NCBI GenBank assembly: GCA_014804245.1
Contig: JAAVAE010000014.1
Location: 25,117 to 89,116 of the forward strand
Direction: 5' to 3'
From: Lachnospiraceae bacterium
Lineage (GTDB): Bacteria > Bacillota > Clostridia > Lachnospirales > Lachnospiraceae
Length of the DNA stretch: 64,000 nt
Shown: piece by piece, positions 29,444-39,163 of the stretch
Position numbering within the stretch: the stretch's first letter is position 1
How the letters are laid out: each line of letters opens with the position of its first letter
Notes under the pieces: generated by a model
The model's database searches: none
Told to the model about the DNA's origin: nothing
Seen by the model: only the letters and a program-made list of their open reading frames with translations
Made by a program: the position numbers and the translations under genes

Positions 29444-29535
29444 ATTGTTTCGGGTAAAATGATGTGATAAAATAGAAATGCGGATTGTTTTCCGTATCAT
29501 ATTGCAGGACGCAGGAAAGGTGAGGAATTTTATAT

Positions 29536-30837
29536 ATGGGAATTGTGTTGAAAAATATTCTGGCAGTACTCCCGGAAGGGGAGAAGGATGTAATTAGGGA
29601 AACGGATATTTATATTGAAGGAAGCAAAATTGCAGCGATCGGTACACAGCCGGAAGGCTTTCGGGCTGACAAGGTGATTGAAGGAAAGAATAAACTCGCC
29701 ATACCGGGGCTTGTGAATTGTCATACGCATTCATATATGTCCTTTATGAGAAATGTGGCGGACGATTTGAGTTTTATGGACTGGCTTTTTGGAACGATTG
29801 ATCCGATTGAGCAGCAGATGACAGACGAGGACACTTATTGGGGAGCTTGTCTGGCAATCATTGAAATGATGAAAAGCGGAACCACCTGTTTTAATGATAT
29901 GCAGATGAACATTCATCAGACGACAAGGGCGGTAAAGGAATCTGGTATGCGTGCCGTCATCAGCCGCGGTCTGGTGGGAAGCGGAAATGATGAGGCAGGG
30001 CAGATGCGGCTTAGACAGGCTTACGAGGAGCGAGATGCGGCAAAGGATTGCGACAGACTGACCTTCATGTTGGGACCGCATGCACCCTATACATGTGATG
30101 ACGCTTATATGCGTATCGTTTCCGAAGAAGCCAAAAAGAATCAGATGAGGATTCATGTGCATCTTTCTGAAAGCGAAAGTGAGATTCAGCAGATCAAAGA
30201 AAAGTATGGCTGCTCGCCCATTGAGATGGCGGATAGAAACGGACTGTTCGATGTACCTGCCATAGCTGCCCATTGTGTACAGATCACAGAAAGCGACATG
30301 GAAATTTTAAGGAAAAAGAATGTCAGCGTGGTCACCAATCCCGCCAGCAACATGAAGCTGGGCAATGGTTTCGCACCTGTTCCCGCCCTGCTTGAAAAGG
30401 GGATTAACGTCTGCCTTGGAACGGATGGGGCAGCAAGCAACAACAGCCTTAACATGTTTCACGAATTAAGCCTTCTTACCTTAATCCACAAAGGCGTTAA
30501 GAAAACGCCGCAGTGCATCAGCGCAAAAGAAGGATTTAGAATTGCAACCATAAATGGAGCCAAGGCCCTTGGACTTGAAAAAGAAATAGGATCTCTGGAA
30601 GAGGGAAAGAAAGCGGATATTGCAATTCTTAATTTGAATACACCTTCCCTGACACCGAGAAACAACCTTCTTGCCGGTCTGTCTTACTCCGCAAATGGTT
30701 CAGAGGTGGAAACAGTTCTGATTGACGGAAAAGTCACCATGGAAAACAGAAAGATTCTGACCATGGATGAAGAGCTGGTGTATCAGAAGGTTAATGACAT
30801 CATAGTCCGTATGGGTCTTGACAAAAAAGAATATTAA
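29536..30837 (+). CDS. mtaD: 5-methylthioadenosine/S-adenosylhomocysteine deaminase-like amidohydrolase
   Basis: PGLVNCHTH, PHAPYT, HVHLSES, AAHCV, SNMKLG, GTDGAASNN; adjacent to ahcY. Confidence 0.82.
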   Translation: MGIVLKNILAVLPEGEKDVIRETDIYIEGSKIAAIGTQPEGFRADKVIEGKNKLAIPGLVNCHTHSYMSFMRNVADDLSFMDWLFGTIDPIEQQMTDEDTYWGACLAIIEMMKSGTTCFNDMQMNIHQTTRAVKESGMRAVISRGLVGSGNDEAGQMRLRQAYEERDAAKDCDRLTFMLGPHAPYTCDDAYMRIVSEEAKKNQMRIHVHLSESESEIQQIKEKYGCSPIEMADRNGLFDVPAIAAHCVQITESDMEILRKKNVSVVTNPASNMKLGNGFAPVPALLEKGINVCLGTDGAASNNSLNMFHELSLLTLIHKGVKKTPQCISAKEGFRIATINGAKALGLEKEIGSLEEGKKADIAILNLNTPSLTPRNNLLAGLSYSANGSEVETVLIDGKVTMENRKILTMDEELVYQKVNDIIVRMGLDKKEY

Positions 30838-30946
30838 TTGTATGTAGCTGCTTTGCGGTTATCATAAAAGTGATGATAGGACAGACGACCATCACTATAA
30901 TAAAAATTCGGCTGAAATTTATAGATTCTATTTGGAGGATAAGAAG

Positions 30947-32197
30947 ATGAACAGTGAAATCAGAGACATTCGTTTAGCCGAATCGGGAGAGCGCAAGATT
31001 GAGTGGGTAAAAAGAAATTGCGATCTGCTCCGCACCCTTGAGGAGGAGTTCTCAAAGACAAAACCCTTTGAAGGAAAGAAAATTGCACTTTCCGTGCATT
31101 TGGAAGCAAAAACAGCCTATCTTTGTCTGGTGTTAAAGGCAGGGGGAGCAGAAATGTTCGTAACAGGCTCTAATCCTTTGTCCACACAGGATGATGTGGC
31201 AGCAGCACTGGTGAAGGCGGGGCTTGAGGTTCATGCTTGGTATGATTGTACACCGGAGGAATATGAACTGCATATTCGCCATGTACTGGAAGCAGGACCT
31301 AATATCATTATTGATGACGGCGGTGATCTGGTAAATATGGTACATACGCAGATGCCTGAATTGATACCGAACATCATCGGCGGCTGCGAGGAGACAACTA
31401 CCGGAATTATCCGTCTGGAAGCGATGAATCATGCCGGAGAGCTGAAATTCCCCATGGTACGTGTGAACAATGCAGACTGCAAGCATTTATTTGATAATCG
31501 TTATGGTACCGGACAATCTGTATGGGATGGTATCAACCGGACAACAAACCTGATTGTGGCAGGTAAGATCGTAGTAGTAGCAGGTTATGGGTGGTGCGGT
31601 AAGGGTACTGCCATGAGAGCCAAGGGACTTGGCGCAAGAGTAATCGTAACAGAAATCGATCCTATCAAGGCAATAGAAGCAGTGATGGACGGGTTTGATG
31701 TAATGCCTATGAACGAAGCCGCGAAGGTGGGAGATTTCTTTGTAACGGTTACTGGCTGTGACAAGGTAATCGATGAGGAAGACTTCAAAGTGATGAAGGA
31801 CGGCGCCATTCTTTGTAATGCAGGTCATTTTGACTGTGAGATTGATATGGCGAGACTTCGTGAAATTGCTGTGGAGACAAGAGAGCAGAGAAAAAATATT
31901 ATGGGATATAAGCTGCCTACCGGACAGTGGATCTTCGTTCTGGCAGAGGGAAGACTGGTCAATTTAGCTGCCGGCGACGGACATCCGGCAGAGATCATGG
32001 ATATGAGTTTTGCGATTCAGGCGCTGTCTGCCAAGTATTTGGTTGAACACGGAAGCGAACTTAAAGAGAAGTTGATCGATGTGCCGAGGGAAGTTGATCA
32101 GGATGTAGCAAAAAGAAAACTGGCATTCCTCGGAAAGGAGATCGATGTGCTCACGCCGGAACAGGAGAAATATCTGAACAGTTATACATTGGATTAA
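30947..32197 (+). CDS. ahcY: Adenosylhomocysteinase family hydrolase (short archaeal/Thermotoga-like type)
   Basis: SNPLSTQD, DDGGD, EETTTG, KHLFDNRYGTG, GYGWCGKG, NAGHFD, GRLVNL, GHP..MDMSF. Confidence 0.95.
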   Translation: MNSEIRDIRLAESGERKIEWVKRNCDLLRTLEEEFSKTKPFEGKKIALSVHLEAKTAYLCLVLKAGGAEMFVTGSNPLSTQDDVAAALVKAGLEVHAWYDCTPEEYELHIRHVLEAGPNIIIDDGGDLVNMVHTQMPELIPNIIGGCEETTTGIIRLEAMNHAGELKFPMVRVNNADCKHLFDNRYGTGQSVWDGINRTTNLIVAGKIVVVAGYGWCGKGTAMRAKGLGARVIVTEIDPIKAIEAVMDGFDVMPMNEAAKVGDFFVTVTGCDKVIDEEDFKVMKDGAILCNAGHFDCEIDMARLREIAVETREQRKNIMGYKLPTGQWIFVLAEGRLVNLAAGDGHPAEIMDMSFAIQALSAKYLVEHGSELKEKLIDVPREVDQDVAKRKLAFLGKEIDVLTPEQEKYLNSYTLD

Positions 32198-32236
32198 AAC
32201 AACAGACAAGTAAATAATGAAGGGTGGGGAATCAGC

Positions 32237-33961
32237 ATGAAACAAAGGGTAAGAAAAATAAGCATTAAAGTAAAGATATTGTTTCCGGCAAGTCTGCTCG
32301 TTATTGCAGTCTGTCTGGTCATGGGAATCAGTTCCTTTGAGCATATGGAATCAGCCATGGTCGAAATGGGGGTAGAGGAGGCTGACATGGCGGCAGAGAT
32401 TGCTGCAAAAATGATAGACGGAGATACAGTTGCGCTGATAGGAGCAGACAGTAAGGAAACAGAAGAATACCAGAGCCTGCTCATCATGATGCGGAATTTA
32501 CAAAAAAGTTGTGGAATTGCTTACATGTATACTTTGTATACGGATGGCAGTCAGGTATATTACGGAATTGATACGGATGAAACAAGCGGTCAGAATGCTC
32601 CGGGAGAAGTATTTGACGTTTCTTACGAGGAACTGGCGGATGTTTTTCAGGGAAATGAATATGTACAGGATTATATAGACTCTACAGAAGACGGGGAACT
32701 TATTTCGGTATATAAGCCCATTTTAAGTCAGGACGGCAAGGTAGCAGCAGTACTTGGCTGTGATTATGATGCGGCACATGTGGTTTCAAAATTGAATACC
32801 TTGAGGCTCTGGGTGATCGAACTTGGCGCTGTCTGTCTGGCAGCGGGCATCCTTATTCTGTACCTGATTGTGGGAAGGATTATGAGAAATCTCCGCGCCG
32901 TGGACGGAAAAATTTATGAACTTGTCCATAATGAAGGAGATCTGACCCAAAAGTTAGATATCAAGACTGGTGATGAGATGGAGCTTATTGCGGAGAATGT
33001 GAATGCGCTGCTTGCCCATATCAGAGAGATCATGCTGAATATATCCGAAAATTCTAAGAAGCTGAGCAATTCTTCTGAGAAAGTGGTTCAAAGCCTTTTT
33101 GGAGCAGAGGGCAACATTGCAGATGTATCTGCAACCATGGAAGAAATGAGTGCAGCGATGGAAGAAACCAGCGCTTCATTAGGACAGGTTCATGAATCGA
33201 TAGAAGAAGTTTATAAGACGATTGCTGACATTTCGCAAAAGACAGAGGACGGAAAGGAATCCGCCGTCAGGATTATGGAAAAAGCAGCAGAGATTTATAA
33301 GAATGCTGTTGAAAACCAGAAGAACGCGATAGAGCAGACCAAGGTCATGGCTTCTTCCGTCAACGAGAAGATTGAGAAATCCCGTGCGGTCGAGGAAATA
33401 AGCGTACTGACCGCCAACATTATAAGTATTACAAGTCAGACGAATTTGCTGGCATTAAATGCAAGTATAGAGGCGGCAAGAGCAGGAGAGGCAGGAAAAG
33501 GCTTTGCGGTGGTTGCGAATGAAATCGGAAAGCTTGCAACAAATTCGGCGGAGGCGGCATCCCAGATCCGCACAGTAAGCGCTAACGTAACGGAAGCTGT
33601 CAATGAATTATCAAAAGAAGCTGAAAATATGTTAGGCTTTATGAATGAGACGGCAATAGCAGGTTATCAGAAACTTCTGGAAACCAGCGAAAATTATCAA
33701 AGCGATGTTGGAAGCATGGGACAGATCATGGAAGAATTTGCTGATGAAAGTAAACAGATTCGGGACAACATTGATAGCATAAAGGACGCGATTTCCATGG
33801 TGAACGTTGCGGTTGAGGATTGTGCAAAGGGCGTTGCAAATGTTGCTGAAATGTCAACGGAGCTGACGATCAGTGTGAAGGATATCAGCAGTGAGGCGGA
33901 TGCCAATAGGGAAGTTTCACGGGAATTGAACGATGAGGTAAATAAATTTAAATTGCAGTGA
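32237..33961 (+). CDS. Methyl-accepting chemotaxis protein
   Basis: TM, Cache-like domain, TM, HAMP; [27 protein letters not shown] signature. Confidence 0.95.
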   Translation: MKQRVRKISIKVKILFPASLLVIAVCLVMGISSFEHMESAMVEMGVEEADMAAEIAAKMIDGDTVALIGADSKETEEYQSLLIMMRNLQKSCGIAYMYTLYTDGSQVYYGIDTDETSGQNAPGEVFDVSYEELADVFQGNEYVQDYIDSTEDGELISVYKPILSQDGKVAAVLGCDYDAAHVVSKLNTLRLWVIELGAVCLAAGILILYLIVGRIMRNLRAVDGKIYELVHNEGDLTQKLDIKTGDEMELIAENVNALLAHIREIMLNISENSKKLSNSSEKVVQSLFGAEGNIADVSATMEEMSAAMEETSASLGQVHESIEEVYKTIADISQKTEDGKESAVRIMEKAAEIYKNAVENQKNAIEQTKVMASSVNEKIEKSRAVEEISVLTANIISITSQTNLLALNASIEAARAGEAGKGFAVVANEIGKLATNSAEAASQIRTVSANVTEAVNELSKEAENMLGFMNETAIAGYQKLLETSENYQSDVGSMGQIMEEFADESKQIRDNIDSIKDAISMVNVAVEDCAKGVANVAEMSTELTISVKDISSEADANREVSRELNDEVNKFKLQ

Positions 33962-34082
33962 TAATAATTTTGCTATCAGACAAAAGAAATGATTGCATAA
34001 TAATATCTAATCATTTACTATATTAATATACCATTGTCATACAATTTAAAACACAATTATATTGATTAAGGGGGATATGCTT

Positions 34083-34724
34083 ATGCAAGAGACTATTAAA
34101 ATCCAATCAAAACAGTATCGCAACGTTGTGCTGAAAGCCATTCCCGGGCATTTTGTAACACCGAATTCCCATGTAAATTATTTTCTGGATATGACCACCA
34201 TCAAATCCAGACTCAGTGAAGCCTCAGCGGTAGCAAAGGCGCTCAGTGAGCAGATAACGGCGACGACTGTTGTTGATACGATCGTATGTATTGACGGCTG
34301 TGAGATTATAGGTGCTTTTCTTGCCGAGGATCTGACAAGAGCGGGTGTTTATTCCATGAATTCACATAATACAATCTATATTGTTACACCTGAGTATGTA
34401 AATTCAGGACAGCTTGTTTTCAGGGAGAACATGGTTCCAATGATCCGGGACAAAAATATTCTTTTGCTTATGGCATCAGCAACGACGGGGCAGACAATTG
34501 TAAAAGCAGCTCAGGCTCTTGGCTATTATGGAGCAAAGATCAGCGGTATCAGTGCAGTCTTCAGCGCAGCAAACAGTGTTATGGGCATTCCTATCCAATC
34601 CTTGTTTACAATTACGGATATACCGGATTATAAGACATACAATCCGGAAGGATGCGCTTTATGCAGAGATGGAAAGAAGATTGATGCATTCGCAAACGGT
34701 TTTGGTTATTCCAAAATAAATTAA
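34083..34724 (+). CDS. Type I phosphoribosyltransferase-fold protein (orotate PRTase-like, degenerate PRPP loop)
   Basis: GHFVT..SHVNYFLD N-terminus; ILLLMASATTG in place of VLIVDDVxTTG; C-terminal Y.PEGCALC. Confidence 0.65.
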   Translation: MQETIKIQSKQYRNVVLKAIPGHFVTPNSHVNYFLDMTTIKSRLSEASAVAKALSEQITATTVVDTIVCIDGCEIIGAFLAEDLTRAGVYSMNSHNTIYIVTPEYVNSGQLVFRENMVPMIRDKNILLLMASATTGQTIVKAAQALGYYGAKISGISAVFSAANSVMGIPIQSLFTITDIPDYKTYNPEGCALCRDGKKIDAFANGFGYSKIN

Positions 34725-34735
34725 GAGATATAAGG

Positions 34736-34775
34736 AAGGAGTATTGAACGGGTTGGTTCAATACTCCTTTATTTT
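34736..34775. terminator. Bidirectional terminator
   Basis: AAGGAGTATTGAAC-gggttg-GTTCAATACTCCTT perfect 14-bp stem between convergent genes. Confidence 0.82.
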
Positions 34776-34787
34776 ACTTAAAAATGA

Positions 34788-34961
34788 TTAGTTGTAATTA
34801 TCTATGCAGGGCTGGAACATATCTTTGGACACGCCGCAGAGAGGACAGCACCAGTCATCCGGAAGATCTTCGAAAGCTGTGCCGGGTGCGATACCATGTT
34901 CAGGATCACCTTTTTCAGGATCATATGTGTAGCCGCAGGGATTACAAAAATATTTTTTCAT
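34788..34961 (-). CDS. Rubredoxin (57 aa)
   Basis: Not in the ORF track. [57 protein letters not shown]; AAAGGAG RBS. Confidence 0.95.
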   Translation of the reverse strand: MKKYFCNPCGYTYDPEKGDPEHGIAPGTAFEDLPDDWCCPLCGVSKDMFQPCIDNYN

Positions 34962-34979
34962 TGTAGATAAGCTCCTTTC

Positions 34980-35519
34980 TTAATTAAAATATCTCTTAAG
35001 CAGGCCTTCAAATGCCTTGCCATGTCTAGCTTCGTCACGAGCCATCTCATGAACGGTGTCATGGATTGCGTCAAGGTTTGCAGCTTTTGCGCGCTTAGCG
35101 AGGTCGAATTTACCAGCTGTAGCGCCGTTTTCAGCTTCTACTCTCATTTCAAGGTTCTTCTTGGTGGAGTCGGTTACAACTTCGCCTAACAGTTCAGCAA
35201 ATTTAGCAGCATGTTCAGCTTCTTCATAAGCAGCTTTTTCCCAATATAAACCGATTTCAGGATAGCCTTCTCTGTGAGCAACTCTTGCCATTGCAAGGTA
35301 CATACCAACTTCTGTACATTCGCCGTTGAAATTTGCTCTTAAATCTTCAAGAATGTCTTCGCTTACGCCTTTAGCAACGCCTACCACATGCTCAGCAGCC
35401 CAAACTTTCTCTTCACCTTGGGCGGTGAATTTCTCTGCGGGTGCGTTACAAACGGGGCATTTCTCAGGTGCCGCATCTCCTTCATAAACATAGCCACATA
35501 CCTGACATACAAATTTCAT
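34980..35519 (-). CDS. Reverse rubrerythrin (NADH peroxidase)
   Basis: N-terminal CQVC/CPVC rubredoxin domain followed by a ferritin-like domain with EEAEH and DEARH. Confidence 0.95.
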   Translation of the reverse strand: MKFVCQVCGYVYEGDAAPEKCPVCNAPAEKFTAQGEEKVWAAEHVVGVAKGVSEDILEDLRANFNGECTEVGMYLAMARVAHREGYPEIGLYWEKAAYEEAEHAAKFAELLGEVVTDSTKKNLEMRVEAENGATAGKFDLAKRAKAANLDAIHDTVHEMARDEARHGKAFEGLLKRYFN

Positions 35520-35544
35520 AATACTTATCTCCTTTTCTTATATA

Positions 35545-35931
35545 TTAATTTTTGGATAAACAATTGTTACAGCGGCCATAAAAGTAGGTCACTTGTCCTT
35601 CAATTTCACCTTTAAAGTTCTTCTGTGCTGCCTTTGATAGATGCTCTGTCATTGGTATATTCAGATCCATTACACATCCGCATTCGGAACATACGAAATG
35701 ATAATGAGGTGAAGTATCATAATCAAAGTGATCTACGCTATCGCCTACCCGGATTCTTGCTATTTCACCGATATCGGCAAGCAGGGTCAGATTCCGGTAT
35801 ACAGTTCCCAGGCTGATATTCGGAAAGGACTCGCGAACATTCCTGTAGACAACATCTGCAGTAGGATGATCTTTTCTGGTGGCCAGAAATGCTTTAATAG
35901 AATCTCGCTGTTTACTGTGCTTCAGATTCAT
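35545..35931 (-). CDS. perR: Fur-family regulator, PerR-like
   Basis: HPTAD, SLGTVYRNL, HYHFVCSECG, CNNC; first gene of a peroxide-defence operon. Confidence 0.82.
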   Translation of the reverse strand: MNLKHSKQRDSIKAFLATRKDHPTADVVYRNVRESFPNISLGTVYRNLTLLADIGEIARIRVGDSVDHFDYDTSPHYHFVCSECGCVMDLNIPMTEHLSKAAQKNFKGEIEGQVTYFYGRCNNCLSKN

Positions 35932-35948
35932 GAAGATTCCTTTCTGAT

Positions 35949-36000
35949 AAAATAGTAATCATTACTGTTTTAATTATACAAAATATATATAAAAAGTCAA
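35949..36000 (-). promoter_or_regulatory. perR promoter and Per/Fur-box-like inverted repeat
   Basis: AAAATAGTAAT-C-ATTACTGTTTT (35949-35971; 11-1-11, one mismatch) just downstream of TTGACT-16 bp-TATAAT. Confidence 0.7.
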
Positions 36001-36108
36001 TATCTCCCTTGCAATTTATAAATTTTTTATAGATTCATTGATTCTTTAATAACATGCTTTTTATAGTATGTGCTATAATCGATATAAAAGACATGTAAGG
36101 GGATAGGG

Positions 36109-37587
36109 ATGAAGTTTAAGACCAGATTAGTGATAACATTTCTGACAATCATTTTACTTCCTCTGGTACTTGCCTGTACAGCGTTTATCTGTATAGGAGG
36201 TTATCTCATCAAGGAGCAGGAAGAATACGGATTCCGCAATGACGATTATAACATGCTGATTGATCCCACGCAGGCATCCAGGTTGATTTCTGATGAGATT
36301 TTCCGGGAAGTTGAAGTGATTTTGACAGAAGATCCTTCCAATCTAGAGAAAGAAAATATTCTTGCAAGGATTAATGAAAAGATTGCCAATAAGTCTTCTT
36401 ATATCATCTTGCGGAAACAGGATATCCTTTTTTATACGGGCAATGAAGTGGCGGCAAAGCAGATTTTTGACAAGCTGCCGGATTTTCAGGAAGAAAATAT
36501 AGGGCAGAAGGAGAAACTAAGTTTCTATTATGATGATATGAAAAATCTGGTGCGGCAGATGGATTTTCATTTTGATGATGGAAGTGAGGGCAGCTTTTTT
36601 GTAATTACAAGGAGCAATTCTATTATTTCGAGAAAACTGTTTGTGGATATGGCAATTGCTATTATGGTAATTCTGATTTTCACAAGTCTGTTTTTAACAA
36701 ATTGGATCAGCCGCGGCGTTTTTTCTCCAGTCAACCAGTTGAATATTGCCATGCAGAATATTGCGGAGGGCAATCTTGAATACAGGCTCCCTGACAAAGA
36801 TGACGGAGAGATAGGAGAGCTATACCGAAACTATGAGGACATGCGGCTGCGGCTGAAGGAGTCCACAGATGAAAAGATTCTGGCAGAAAAGCAGAACAAG
36901 GAACTGGTAAGTAACATATCCCATGATTTAAAAACGCCGATTACGGCAATAAAAGGATATGTGGAAGGAATCATGGATGGTGTGGCAGACACACCGGAAA
37001 AAATGGATAAATACATCAGGACCATCTATAATAAAGCAAATGATATGGACAGGCTGATCAATGAACTGACTGTATATTCAGGAATTGATTCCAACCGTAT
37101 TCCCTATCACTTCCACAAAATAAACGTTTCTGAATATTTTGGAGATTGTATCGAAGAAGTGGGACTTGATCTGGAGTCTAAAAATATAGAACTGAATTAC
37201 TCCAATTTGGTAGCGCCGGGCACGCTGATCATTGCAGATCCGGAGCAGCTGAAGCGAGTAATCAATAATATTATAGGAAATAGTATTAAGTATCTTGATA
37301 AGCCAAAAGGAGAAATCGATATTCGAATTTTGGATGAAATAGATTCCATACGCGTGGAGATAGAAGATAATGGAAAAGGAATTGCGGCAAAAGACCTGCC
37401 CAAGATATTTGAACGTTTTTACAGATCAGATACCTCGAGAAATTCAGCGCAGGGCGGAAGCGGAATTGGATTATCCATTGTAAAGAAAATCATTGAAGAC
37501 CATGGCGGTTACATCTGGGCTACCAGCAAAGAGGGTGAAGAAACCTGCATGCATTTCGTAATCCGTAAATATCAGGAGGCGGAATAG
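36109..37587 (+). CDS. Sensor histidine kinase (HAMP, HisKA, HATPase)
   Basis: Two TMs, SHDLKTP H-box, NIIGNSIKY, DNGKG, GSGIGL. Confidence 0.95.
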   Translation: MKFKTRLVITFLTIILLPLVLACTAFICIGGYLIKEQEEYGFRNDDYNMLIDPTQASRLISDEIFREVEVILTEDPSNLEKENILARINEKIANKSSYIILRKQDILFYTGNEVAAKQIFDKLPDFQEENIGQKEKLSFYYDDMKNLVRQMDFHFDDGSEGSFFVITRSNSIISRKLFVDMAIAIMVILIFTSLFLTNWISRGVFSPVNQLNIAMQNIAEGNLEYRLPDKDDGEIGELYRNYEDMRLRLKESTDEKILAEKQNKELVSNISHDLKTPITAIKGYVEGIMDGVADTPEKMDKYIRTIYNKANDMDRLINELTVYSGIDSNRIPYHFHKINVSEYFGDCIEEVGLDLESKNIELNYSNLVAPGTLIIADPEQLKRVINNIIGNSIKYLDKPKGEIDIRILDEIDSIRVEIEDNGKGIAAKDLPKIFERFYRSDTSRNSAQGGSGIGLSIVKKIIEDHGGYIWATSKEGEETCMHFVIRKYQEAE

Positions 37588-37652
37588 GGAATCTTGCGTG
37601 CATAGGCACTATGATTTAAAAAAGAAACAGATTGAAAGGAACGATTAGTGAA

Positions 37653-38342
37653 ATGAGCAGAATTTTAATTATTGAGGATGAAGAAGCAATTGCTGATCTG
37701 GAAAAGGATTATCTTGAACTGAGCGGATTCGATGTGGAGATTCGGAATAAGGGTGATGAGGGGCTTAAAGCAGCAATGTCTGAGGAATTTGATTTAATCG
37801 TGCTTGATTTGATGCTGCCCGGTATGGATGGATTTGAAATCTGTAAACGAATCAGAGAGGAAAAGAATATCCCGATCATCATGGTATCCGCCAAAAAAGA
37901 TGATATTGATAAGATCAGAGGCTTGGGTCTGGGCGCTGATGATTATATGACCAAGCCTTTCAGCCCCAGTGAGCTGGTTGCCAGAGTGAAAGCGCATATG
38001 GCAAGGTATGACAGGCTTGTGGGCTCTACACAGAAAAATAATGACATTATTGAAATCCGGGGCATCCGCATTGATAAGACAGCGAGAAGAGTGATTGTAG
38101 ACGGTGTAGAAAAGGCATTTACCGGCAAAGAATTTGATCTTCTCACCTTCTTGGCGGAGCATCCAAATCATGTATACACAAAGGAAGAACTGTTTCGGGA
38201 AATCTGGGATATGGATTCCATCGGAGATATCGCGACAGTGACAGTGCATATTAAGAAGATACGTGAAAAGATTGAGTATGACTCTGCAAAGCCCCAATAT
38301 ATTGAAACAATCTGGGGAGTAGGTTATCGCTTTAAAGTGTAA
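37653..38342 (+). CDS. OmpR-family response regulator
   Basis: IIEDE, LDLMLP, GADDYMTKPF, IETIWGVGYRF. Confidence 0.95.
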   Translation: MSRILIIEDEEAIADLEKDYLELSGFDVEIRNKGDEGLKAAMSEEFDLIVLDLMLPGMDGFEICKRIREEKNIPIIMVSAKKDDIDKIRGLGLGADDYMTKPFSPSELVARVKAHMARYDRLVGSTQKNNDIIEIRGIRIDKTARRVIVDGVEKAFTGKEFDLLTFLAEHPNHVYTKEELFREIWDMDSIGDIATVTVHIKKIREKIEYDSAKPQYIETIWGVGYRFKV

Positions 38343-38356
38343 GGACGGAAAATCAA

Positions 38357-39079
38357 GTGCAGAAAAATATTATTTACGAAGATGAACATATAATTGTCGT
38401 GTTTAAGCCCGCGGGAATTGCCACCCAGACGGCAAGAATCGGTCAGCAGGATATGGTCAGTGAATTAAAGAATTATCTTGCCGGGAAGCCTGAATATCGG
38501 GGGAGTGGTGAGCCTTATCTGGGAGTTGTCCACAGGCTGGATCAGCCGGTTTCAGGAATACTGGTCTTTGCCAAAACGAAGCAGGCGGCGGCAGGATTAA
38601 GCAGTCAGATAAACAACGGCAAAATGCATAAGTATTATTATGCGGTCATTTACGGGGAATCCCGCCAGGAAGAAGAACAGCTGGAGAATTATTTATATAA
38701 GGATGCCAAGACGAATAAATCTGTTGTGGTAAAGGAAGACTTTCCGAATGCCAAAAAGGCGATTTTGATTTATAAAAAGATGAAAACACTGATGATTTTG
38801 GAAAAGGAACAGGAGGTTTCCCTAGTGGAAATTCAGCTCCTTACCGGACGGCATCATCAGATTCGGGCACAATTTGCATATAATGACATGCCTCTTTTGG
38901 GGGACAGCAAATACGGCACTGAAAGTTCGAAACAGCTTGGCAGAGAAATCGGATGCAGAAATGTGGCGCTTTGTGCCTATAAGCTGATACTGGAGCATCC
39001 TGTAAAAAGAAAAGAAATGATTTTTGAGAAACAGCCGGAAGGAGAAATTTTTCTTCCTTTCTTTACCAGAGGAATTTAA
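38357..39079 (+). CDS. RluA-family pseudouridine synthase
   Basis: KPAG, VHRLDQPVSG, TGRHHQIR, LGDSKYG. Confidence 0.92.
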   Translation: MQKNIIYEDEHIIVVFKPAGIATQTARIGQQDMVSELKNYLAGKPEYRGSGEPYLGVVHRLDQPVSGILVFAKTKQAAAGLSSQINNGKMHKYYYAVIYGESRQEEEQLENYLYKDAKTNKSVVVKEDFPNAKKAILIYKKMKTLMILEKEQEVSLVEIQLLTGRHHQIRAQFAYNDMPLLGDSKYGTESSKQLGREIGCRNVALCAYKLILEHPVKRKEMIFEKQPEGEIFLPFFTRGI

Positions 39080-39090
39080 AATTTTTAAGG

Positions 39091-39120
39091 TCATATTTCA
39101 CTTGAAATTACCCATACTAC
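39091..39120 (+). promoter_or_regulatory. Sigma-E-like (mother cell) promoter of the YtvI-like gene
   Basis: TCATATT-15 bp-CATACTAC, close to the Bacillus sigma-E consensus. Confidence 0.55.
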
Positions 39121-39163
39121 CAGTAGTCTTTTGTGTAAAATGGTAAGGTATGGGTGATTTTTT

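Noticed and set aside
29445-30946. SAM or SAH riboswitch before mtaD or ahcY
   Set aside because: Only short hairpins (e.g. AGTGATG...CATCACT near 30868-30897); no S-box or SAH consensus recognisable.
34784-34966. Plus-strand 60-aa ORF
   Set aside because: Antisense shadow of the real rubredoxin gene.
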